From NCBI RefSeq assembly GCF_009914755.1, contig NC_060947.1: 64,000 nt of DNA, one strand, 5' to 3'. The position numbers and the translations under genes were made by a program. How positions within the stretch are numbered: position 1 is the stretch's first letter; each line of letters begins with the position of its first letter. Source of the stretch: the human T2T-CHM13v2.0 reference genome, Homo sapiens. The notes under the pieces were generated by a model. That model worked only from the letters and a program-made list of their open reading frames with translations. It did no database searches and was not told where the DNA came from. Below, in pieces: positions 12,870 through 23,920 of this stretch.

Positions 12870-13780
12870 TTAAAAGCTTAATTTAAAAAATTGAACCAAT
12901 AAACAGCGTTTCCAATAGTAAATTCCATGTAAATAATATTCACAGCAAGACCAAGGTGTGTGATTGGACCCAGAGAGAAAAAAATGTAACCATATGGCAC
13001 CAAAGAAGTGCTGCTTGAAGGAGAATGCTTCAAGTGTCAAAATCAAATGGATTATCTTTTCTTACACTCCTTCAATGGCTCAGGATGATGCCACGTGTTA
13101 GTATGCTTCTTATTAGAACCAAGATCATAATACAGCTTTTTGTTTTCTTTAGAGTTCCTAATTGTATTTGTTTTATTGACAACCAAAACCACATGTAAAT
13201 AACTTCTGGTTTCTTATATGGGTTGATTATGGAATTTGTGTCCATCTTAAGAGTATTTTTCACTGACCTCCCTGACTTCCTGTTCTAATTATGACCTATT
13301 GCTTTCTTGGTCAGCTTAGTAGTTGTCATCTTGAAATTTCTTTTATGCACACCTCTGTGATGCTTTAAAATACAGATTCCCAGGCCTCACCCCAGACCTA
13401 TTCAATTGGCTGGGGTATGGGTGTTTTTGAAAAGCTCCCTCAAGTGATTTTGCTGATTAGTCACATTTGGGACCCCATTTAGCTAATCCTTAGAGTCCTA
13501 TAGCTGCTGTTATTATTAATAATAATAGTAATAATATATACTGTTTATTGAGGATTTACTATGTAACAGGCTTTATTTTAGGTGTGAGTGCATGGTCTCA
13601 TTTACTCTTTACTACAAACCTATGAAGTAAGGACTATTATTATCATCATTTTAGAGAAAACTGAATATCAGAGAAATTAAATCACACCACTTTCAAGCTC
13701 CAGAGCCAGAATTAGAACTCAGTTTTGTCTGACAATATAATCTTCAATTTTAACCAACAAACTATGTTAATTTTAAAGTA

Positions 13781-14076
13781 GGTGGGTGTGGTGACGCTTG
13801 CCTGTAATCTCAGCTACTCAGGAGGCTGAGGCAAAAGGATGGCTTGAGCAGAGGAGTTCTGGGTTGTAGTGCCCTATGACGATAGGGTGCCTGCACTAGG
13901 TTCAGCATCAATATGGTGACCTCCTGAGAGCAAGGGACTACCAGGTTGCCCAAGGAGGGGTGATCTAGCCCAGGAATGGAGCAGGTCAAAACTCCTGTGC
14001 TTATCAGTAGTGGGATGGTATGTGTGTGAATAGCCGCTGAACTCCAGCCTGGGCAACATAGTTAGACCCCGTCTCT
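13781..14076 (+). pseudogene. 7SL (SRP RNA) pseudogene
   Basis: Alu-domain ends enclose a recognisable S-domain (gcactaggttcagcatcaatatggtgacctcc, ccaggttgcccaaggagggg, gagcaggtcaaaactcctgtgc); diverged, with an A-rich tail. Confidence 0.92.
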
Positions 14077-17000
14077 AATAATTAAAATTATAAGATAAAA
14101 TAAAAACTCAGTAGCTCCATGGAAAACATCTAGAAGTCAAAGAGCTTAGTATTGGAGCACAGGTAAAAGGAGAGTATGTATTGTCAACAAATTTTACAGC
14201 TAAAACCTGACATCTTTTAATTAGTTAATTAAGCAATGTCATTTTTGTAAGATACCAGAGATATGAAAAACGGGCCATGGATTAAATGGAAAGCCCTGGG
14301 GATTTCTTTTGAACTCTGAATATTTTGGATGTCATAGAAACAATTTATAAGTAAACTCTTGTTGAACTAGAGTCTTAATATTTACAAATAACGTATGCTC
14401 TTACTGTTCTGATACGGACTGATCCCCAGAATCCATCAGGTTAAAAAGAAATGGCATATGCTACCATTTATATTAAAAAGAAGAGGGATGCATATTTGCA
14501 TTTGGTGATGAAGACATAAGAATCTCTGAAAAGATACACAAGAAGAAAACAAAACAAAACAAAAACCCATGCCCTAGTAATGGGCACAAAAATAACGTTT
14601 GAAATCTAAATCTAAATTGTTAATAAAATGTGCAAAACTACTACACACACATATAATGGAATAGTGAATTTTGTGTTACATTAGATCACTGTATGCTTTC
14701 ATACTGTATTGGTTGTTTTTCTTGTGTAATTTAAAAACCAAACCAACTCTGCTAATTAAGCTCTCCCTGGCCAAGAGCTCACTTGGATCTCTGACAGTTC
14801 CTAGTTAAAGCCTAGTTTGTGGTTTTTGACAACAAACCAAGACCCTGTTGTTTGCTTCAAGAAAGCTGGCTGGTTTTAGTTTCTGGCATTATTCTGGGGG
14901 GTACCCTTATCCCAACAAGTCACTAATTGTCTTGACCATGACTTACAGTTGTGCCAGATTTTTCTTGGTTGCTTTCTGTTTGAGTCAGGTAGTAAGAGTA
15001 GTGATGAAATTATTGTTAATTTGGTTTTGATTTATGACAGATTATCTTGGAAACAGGAATAGGTGGTATACAGAGATGACTATATAAGGACAAAATCAAC
15101 TAAATCAAATTATTTGAACTAATATGTGTTTTTGGCATATATTTTAATTCTTCCACTCATTGCTTCTTAATTAGTCTAGAACTCCAAAGATGAAAACATC
15201 ATAGGACATTTAATAAGATGAAATGTTAAAAATGTACTACTTCTGATAATGGTATTCAATGTCAATAGTATTTAGTAATTTTTTTTTTACAATTTTCCTC
15301 ATTTATTTTGGCATGTTTAGGAATAGGAAAAGAGGCTGAGTCAGAGACCTTCAGTACTTTTATTATTAAACCTACCTCATCTCCCTTTTTGTATCTCCCT
15401 ACCAGAAAAGAAATGGCCTAAGAATTTCCACCTGCTTAGTTTGATATTTTAAGACATCTCATAACACTTTGATTTCACTAACATATTACCCAAAGCAACT
15501 AGTTTCCATCACCTTTACCCTCTTACGAATCCCCAAACTAAGCTTAAGAGGAAATCACAAGCCGTGTAAAAAAAAAAAATTAGAACTATTTCTTCCTTCC
15601 CCTATATGCTCTACTGGTGTCACTTAACTAAAACTCCTCAGTCTGCGACCTTGAGAAACCTAGAGGCTAAATAGGAGGAGTAGAGTATTGAAGGTCATCC
15701 TCTCGACCACCACCCAAAAAGAAGAGCATATATTCATCCTAACAGGTATGTGTTTTCATAATTATGGCAGATGGTGATTGAAGCAAAGGCAATTCAAAAA
15801 GGGGGGCACGTGAAAGCAATAATTTTGAATGTTTGACATTTGTTTTGAAACTACCTTACTACCCCGTACCCTTTACCATCTGTCTGTTATCCCTCCCAAC
15901 ACCCACCTCTGTCTTCCCACAGGGCTCCATTGTGTGCAGTTCCTGTTTCTCAGGGGCGGAGCTGTGGGAGGCAGCCATGGGTGCCATAATAGGCACCTGC
16001 GGCCAGCACAATGGGCTGTGGGTGCTTGTGGGAGAGACAGATTGATGTATTGTGCATGGGGGAGGAGGGCTGTCACTTGAATCCATGTGAACCCAGGCTT
16101 TAGGGGCAAGGGAGATTGACAGCTTTTGTAGGTTGCATTTCTTTTTCAAAGCTTGGCTTTAATAGACAGTAAGTTTGGGGCCCCAGGCTTTCACTCCCAT
16201 AATTCTAACAGGGCAATCACGAGCATTCAGCATTTCTTTTTACCCCCCTTGTTACGCATTAAATGATTTCAGTAAAGGAATGTGCAGCATTAATTAGAAT
16301 TTGTTAGCAGATACCAAGGGGAAAAGTTTCTTCACAACAACTATAGGAGGTGTCATTTGTACAAAGACTTTTTTGTTTTCTTTCCCCATTACATTATCAC
16401 TGCAATATGTAAGGTAGTGATTCTTTTCATTTAAATTAAGTGGAAAGCTACTAAATCTTGTTTTATTCTCCAAAAAGAATAAGGTCCTTAACACTTATCT
16501 TTTAACTTCTTTCATTTCCTAAGGTTGGTGTTTACTTTTGCTTTCAGTCTGACCCATTTACTGGTCTGTGTGGTTGTGTATCCAGTTTTGTGTACCATTT
16601 AGCTCTTACAATTACAAGCAACCCACTACTGATATATAAGGATTGTTTCCAGGTGAAAATAGCTAGCAATAATACTGGAAATCATTGATACTGGAGCCCA
16701 TTTTCGTAATGGTATACTGAGAAACGCTAAAAATGAGATTGCTATAGATTTGTGTCCTAACTTATTTTCTAACACTATTTTTCCCTACTTGATATTTAAC
16801 CTTAGCCAAGACACCAAACTTATGGAAGAATGAGGCAGTGGCAAAGAAATATTTTTTTTCCCGCAGAAAACTTACTCCTAAACCATGTCAGTTTTTTTTT
16901 TAAACATCAAAAGTTCTCCCTCACACACATACACAGATAGCATCATTTCCTTAGAGCAAGTAAGAAAATGGTCTTTTTGTTTAGTATCTGTTTCCTATTA

Positions 17001-19267
17001 TTTTAAAAATAATCCGGACATTTTAGAATTATATAGGAAGAAAACTAATGTCAGATAGGATATCTTATAAACACACTCTCTGGCATCCTGAGAACTGTTA
17101 AAACATTACTAAAATTTCTGGTGTGATTTTTTTCTAACATCTCTCATATAAAATCATTTTCTCAGTAGAAGGAGTTGGAGGCTAATTGAATTAGAATTTC
17201 CCCTACTCAATTGTTTTATTTAAATGTGTTAAGGACAACAGTGAAAAATATTGTCTACCATTATTTCTCAGAAAGAACATATTCTCACACAGTTGTCCGG
17301 CTCTGTCTATAATAATAATTTGGCGCAATGGTTTAAAAAGTAGTGGGGTGATAATAATTAGGGTGTGCGACACAGAAATTTCAATGTGGGATTCAACATT
17401 TCACCATGCAGGGCATGAAAATTGCCGACCAGGGCTGGTCAGCTCTAAGTACTAATTAACTAATTAATCAGGTGCTGAAACCAACTGAATGGAGGATACC
17501 AGCCAGACAACTCAAGCCCAAGCAGAGTGTTGTGCTCTTTAAAAGACAGAGCAGTCTTTCTTCTTGGTTTTTAACCCAGTCAAAAATGAGAGGAGAAAGT
17601 AGGATATGCTGTCCTACTGTCAGTCACTTTGGTCTAAGCTTTTTACTTAGAGAAAATAAAACAAAAACATGTGCCTGTGATAATGACTGTGATGCACCAG
17701 ATGTAGGGCAACCCTCAAAGCTCTGCAAACCTGCTTACTCCTTGGCCATGAAGTATTAATATTTCAGGTCTGGTGAGGGGTGGGGGATGAAGTAGGGTCT
17801 GCCTTCTTGGTTTCTTCCACAATATATATTTTTTAACATAAAAGAATGAGAAATGTATCTCTCCTCTTAGGCTGATCTTAGGTCTTTTGCCTCATCCTTC
17901 GTTTATGTAAATGAGAAGAGTCCAATTACACATATGGAAAAAGGGTTTAATGAATCGTGAAAAAGCCCGGTTTGCAGAGAAAGGGCACAATTCACTCTTC
18001 TTCTCTTCTAAATTTAACTTAGAAACATGTATTTCTTTTAAGGGAGATGATAAAACTTAATGATAATTTTATTTTATGTACTAATTTTCATTCTTGGGAA
18101 TTATTAGACATATTTTGCTAGAAGAGTTAGCTTTATTTATGTCTGTAAGGCTTTCTGGATACTTAGCAATTATTCCACAACAAAAACTGCAAAATTCTAA
18201 CTTTTTTCTCTAAATCTTAAAAATGATTACGTTAGTTCCTCCAACTTTTGATGTTATTTTTAGCTCAGTGATTTTTTTTTTGTTTGTTTGTTTTTAACAC
18301 AGTTTGCTCTGGAATTGTCTGCACTGAAAAAACATTGCATTATTACAAGGGATTTGTTATTGAACCCAAGGAAATGACGTTAGTGTTCCATACCGTTTTA
18401 GCTTAATTTTGGTATTATTATGATGTTTTAACTAGCTAGAATTTTTAGGGTTTTGGAAATTAGTTTTTTTTTTCCTTTTTTTTCCTAAAAGGGACTGAAC
18501 TTTATATTAGAACAGAAAATCTCGTGTTTGAGCATTCATTTTTATTTCCTTTTTTCTTTCCCCTTGCTCCTTCATCTTGGGATTTTCAATAGTTGAGAGT
18601 AGTCCACACAGAATCCACTCTCCACCCCATTTTTCTTAATGACAAAAACCTTTGCAAGAATGAAGGGGGGATCAATACCATTTCTGACCGTTACTCTTGT
18701 AATTTGATAAGTATGAAACTAACCCCGAAGTAGTGCTTTGCAGGGACAGCAGGAAAGTTCTCAATCAGGACTGGAGCACTTTCCGGAGACCTAGTTTAAC
18801 AACTTCAACGGGCACTTGGGGAAACTGAGGCCCAAGAAGACGAGGCAGGCACTTTCCCTGTGATTTTTTTTCTTCTACAAAATACTACTTTCGTCCACGG
18901 AAAACACTTTTCTCGGGCACCTAGTGTGGGGAGGACATTGCTAGGGTCCAGACTGCCTGCCTACCCACGAGGGCCGCGCTCTTTCCACTTTTATTCCCCC
19001 GGCCTCCCCGGATCGGCGCCCTGGATGTGATCGACACCATGAAGTTGCCCCATAATCCTCTCTGGCAACATAGGATGTAAAATTTGATCAGCTCATTGGA
19101 TGAAGCCGACAAGTCCCAAAAATGTGTGAAAAGGGGGCTAAGAGGTAGGCAGGCGCCGCGTTGAGGCAGCGCTCCTGCCAGCCCCGCTCCGAGTTATCGG
19201 TGCTGCAGCCGCGGCGCAAGCGGGGGCTGGGACCGAGCTGCGGGGCCGCAGCGGCGGCGGCGACCGA

Positions 19268-19288
19268 GGCGGCGGCGGCGGCGGCGGC
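19268..19288 (+). repeat. (GGC)7 within an interrupted GGC/GCG tract
   Basis: Read directly; shorter tracts near 19250 and 19612-19626. Confidence 0.9.
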
Positions 19289-19305
19289 TGGGAGGCCGCG
19301 GCGCC

Positions 19306-19320
19306 ATGGGGGGGCCGTAG
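19306..19320 (+). promoter_or_regulatory. Candidate uORF (MGGP*) in strong Kozak context
   Basis: gcgccATGGGGGGGCCGTAG with G at -3 and G at +4. It is a uORF only if the TSS lies upstream of 19306. Confidence 0.5.
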
Positions 19321-19667
19321 GAGCGGACCGTGGGGCCGGAAGGGGGCATCGCGGCGGCGCCGGCGGCTGCGGGGTTATCTCCGCGGCCGCGAAGGCAGCA
19401 TCCACGCCGTTGCGGGTGGCTGAGCCGGCGGGCGGGGCGGGGCGTGCACCAGGGCCGCGGGCGACTAGCGCTGTAGCAGTTGGCCTCAGGGCCCCGCCGC
19501 CCGCGCGCCCGCCCGCCCGCAGGGCGGCGCACGCGAAGGAGGCGGCGGCCGCAGAAGGAGGCGGGGAGCTCGGAGCAGGAGGTGAGGAGGTGGAGGACCA
19601 AGAGTAGGCAGCAGCGGCGGCGGCGGAGGAGGAGGCGGTGGTGGAGGTGCGCGGCCTGAAGAGGAGG

Positions 19668-20489
19668 ATGGAGGAGCAGCAGAAGGAGGGCGAGGCCGAG
19701 GTCGCGGAGCACTGGTTTTCCAAGTGGGAGCGCCAGTGCCTGGCTGAGGCCGAGCAGGAGGAGCAGCTGCCCCCCGAGCTGCAGGAGGAGGCGGCTGCAG
19801 AGTTGGCAGGGCTCAAGAGCGAGAAGCAGAAGCTGTGGCACCTCTTCCAGATCTCGGCCACCGCCGTTGCTCAGCTTTACAAGGATTCTGGGTGCCAACA
19901 GCAAGGACTTTCCATGTGGGACCCCTTCCAGAATGCGGCCATGGCCGTGACCAGCCTCTACAAAGAGAGCGGGGATGCCCACCAACGAAGTTTTGACTTG
20001 GGTGTCCAGGTTGGCCACCAGCGTCGCATCAAAGATGTGCTGGAGTGGGTGAAAAAGGGCCGGAGCACCATTCGTCGCGAAGACTTGATTAGCTTCCTGT
20101 GTGGCAAAGTGCCCCCCGCTCCTCCTCCACCTCGCACTCCTAGGACACCCCCGAAGCCACCCACTGGGGTCACCAGCCAGGCTGTGGCAACTGAGTCCAG
20201 CTCATCGGTGGACGTCGACCTGCAGCCCTTCCAGGAGGCGATCGCCCTGCATGGCCTCAGTGGTGCTATGGCCGGCATCAGCATGCGATCGGGCGACTCG
20301 CCTCAAGACAGCGGTGTCGCCAGCAGTGGGCGCCGAAAAACTAGCTTCTTGGAGGACGACTTGAATCCCTTCGACTCAGAGGAACTGGCCCTCCACCTGG
20401 ACAGTGGGGGGATCCGCAAGCGCACCTCGGCCCAATGCAGTGATGGCATCACAGACTCCCCAATCCAAAAGCGCAACCGAATGGTCTAA
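19668..20489 (+). CDS. HAPSTR2: HUWE1-associated protein modifying stress responses 2; intronless retrogene paralog of HAPSTR1/C16orf72 (DUF4588), 273 aa
   Basis: Uninterrupted ORF MEEQQKEGEAEVAEHWFSKWERQCLAEAEQ...KRNRMV with two degenerate repeats (LWHLFQISATAVAQLYKD / MWDPFQNAAMAVTSLYKE), IRREDLISFLCGKVPP and a basic C-terminal NLS. ATG context aggATGG. The track's start at 19638 is a GTG. Confidence 0.93.
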   Translation: MEEQQKEGEAEVAEHWFSKWERQCLAEAEQEEQLPPELQEEAAAELAGLKSEKQKLWHLFQISATAVAQLYKDSGCQQQGLSMWDPFQNAAMAVTSLYKESGDAHQRSFDLGVQVGHQRRIKDVLEWVKKGRSTIRREDLISFLCGKVPPAPPPPRTPRTPPKPPTGVTSQAVATESSSSVDVDLQPFQEAIALHGLSGAMAGISMRSGDSPQDSGVASSGRRKTSFLEDDLNPFDSEELALHLDSGGIRKRTSAQCSDGITDSPIQKRNRMV

Positions 20490-20754
20490 ACTGCCTCATT
20501 GGTTGCCTGCCGCCATATTGCTTGAGAGTGAACTCAACCGTCGACATGCTTGTCTAAAGGTTACTGGAGACCATTTTTCTTCCCTTCTCTAAGTTAAACA
20601 AAGATTTCTAACAATTTTGCCATAAAGAAACTTTAAAAGTATTCCAGAAGAGGCTTCATATGACTCTGACTTTCCAAAAAATATAATCCTAGCAGAGAAC
20701 AAATATGTAGTAGTTAGCAGGATCATTTAAAGCAAACGTATCTGGTCAAGGCAG

Positions 20755-20842
20755 GAGTCTGATTTATCTTGTTCACAGTTATATTCCTCAGCACCTAGCA
20801 CAGTTCCAGGTGCTCAATAAATGTTCATTGAATGAATAAATG
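20755..20842 (+). mobile_element. L2 3' end carrying two AATAAA hexamers (20816, 20835)
   Basis: atcttgttcacag...agcacctagcacagt...gtgctcaataaatgttcattgaatgaat is the typical L2 terminus. Confidence 0.75.
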
Positions 20843-21303
20843 TGACCTTATTTATTCTTAAAGGGAAGTCATAGCAGGTGTTTACTTGGTTATAGAATAC
20901 TTTTTTCTTTGATAATTGTTGGCTTTAATGGTCTTTGCCAATTCAATTGCATTGTATCAAAATGTAAAACTTGACATCTTTGTGAAATCTGGAGTCTTCC
21001 ATTTTTACCTCACTATACCATGCACCTAATTTCTAGAAAGAAACTGCAAGTAATACATATTAGGCTGTGATTTTTTTAATTTTGAAAAATTGTTGATTTT
21101 GGTGATTATGTGATGCTGCAAAGAGGTGCTGTGGTGGTTACGCAGGTATTACTTAATATTGAGTCAATTCAGTGCTTTTTTGGGGAAAACTAAACCATCA
21201 ACTGAGACCCTGATGAGATGGTGGCCCAGTGGTGCTCTTTTTTTTTAGGAATGTAAAAATTCCTTTTTCTGAGGTTACATCTTTTTTATGATCTCTGTTT
21301 TGA

Positions 21304-21652
<349 letters not shown>

Positions 21653-21679
21653 TTTTGAACTTCTGGGTTTTAATTAAGG

Positions 21680-21911
21680 GTACAGCATGGTATAACCAAA
21701 AGAGTGTGAACTTCGTTTTAAAAGGACCAACAGCAGAATCCTAGCTCTATAAATTAGCTGCATGATTTTGAACAAGTTACTTAATGTCTATTGACCTCAG
21801 TTTTTCATCTGTAAAATGGAACTGTGTGTCTCCTAAGGTGGTTGTGAGGATCAGGTGAAATTTATATTTCAAGTGTCCAGCACAATCTTGGCACATAAAA
21901 TACTCAATAAA
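21680..21911 (+). mobile_element. MIR
   Basis: aacaagttacttaatgtctattgacctcagtttttcatctgtaaaatgg...ggttgtgaggat...tactcaataaa. Confidence 0.8.
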
Positions 21912-22296
21912 GGTTCTCCCTTCTCTATAAATAAAAATCAATAAAACATTAAAATCATTTTATTTTAGAAAAAGCAGAAAAGTAGATCAGCTTTAAAATC
22001 AGCAAGTAGAATCTCTGTGTTTGAACTGGAAATTACTGTTTCACATTAGAAACTTGCCTAAATATCACAGATCTTGTGTAAGTGTGTTGAGCTCATGAGC
22101 ACTCAGGGTCACCAATCTGGATACTAGGGCAACCTTGGAGTTCCTGAAGTTGCCTGAAGGATGCACTTTGCAATTAGGGGTAATGAAACATCTACCACCT
22201 CTGGCCTGAAAAAATATGAGGAGGAGGGTGTAAAGTAGAAAAAAATTGGAAGCCAAGGTCCTAGGGCACCTAAAAGGCTAAAGTGGTTTTAAATGA

Positions 22297-22420
22297 GGTT
22301 GGGGTAGGGTGGGGTGGGGTGGTGTGGAGGCGATGAAGGAGGTAGAGCAGGTGGGGATCTGGGGGGTTGGGGAGGGGAGGGGAGGTGGGAGTATGATTAT
22401 TGAAGTGGGGGTGGGGAGTT
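22297..22420 (+). repeat. G-rich low-complexity tract with G-quadruplex potential
   Basis: ggggtagggtggggtgggg and ggggggttggggaggggagggg both fit G3+N1-7 x4. Confidence 0.7.
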
Positions 22421-22421
22421 A

Positions 22422-22935
<514 letters not shown>

Positions 22936-23587
22936 CCCAGAGAAGAACTGGCTATTGAGGTACTGTGCTAGGTCCTGAGAAGGGATATAAAAAAGCATAA
23001 AAACAATTCTTATCCTCAAAGAGCACATCCTGCCTTGGAAGATAAATTATGTAGCCAAAAGCACGCTTCTAACTGGGAAAAGTGCCCAAGGGCTGTGCAG
23101 AATTCAGAGGTCAGAGACTCTCCTTGCTGAGAGGGTCACAGCTTCTGGAAGAAGTAGCATTTGAACCGGGCCCAGAAAAATGGGTAGGAAGGGAGTGTCC
23201 AGGGATGCCAACAGGGAACGGTGTCTAACAAAGTTTGAGAAGGAGCAAACAGTGAAGTGAGTTCAGGGAATCACAAGAAATGGGTAGGGGAGGTACAAGC
23301 CAAGGTGTTTAGGGTCTCAAATGCCTGTCCCCAGTTCTTTAGGTTCTCTCTAGGTGCAGGAGTTAATACTGCTTTAGGAAGATTAGCTTGACAGAATGCC
23401 AGCTTGTCCAAAACTGAGACACTGGGGCAGAGACAGAGACAGGACAGGGTATCCCTGTAGGATGCATTTTACTGGGGATGTTGCCATTCAGTTAACCCGC
23501 ATTGGGGGAGATGTTTACCTTGACAGGGCTTTCTCTGACAAGCCTTTGCTCATCCCACCCTCCCACAACACAAAGCTTACAAGGTAG

Positions 23588-23920
<333 letters not shown>

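Larger units (their letters stand above)
18950..20400. promoter_or_regulatory. CpG island: promoter, 5' leader and CDS of HAPSTR2
   Basis: Sharp rise in GC and CpG relative to the AT-rich flanks; overlapping GC boxes ggcggggcgggg at about 19430-19443. Confidence 0.9.

Noticed and set aside
19088-20018. Long antisense ORFs (257 and 274 aa) over the CpG island
   Set aside because: Low-complexity shadows of GC-rich DNA and of the sense CDS, with no recognisable domain.
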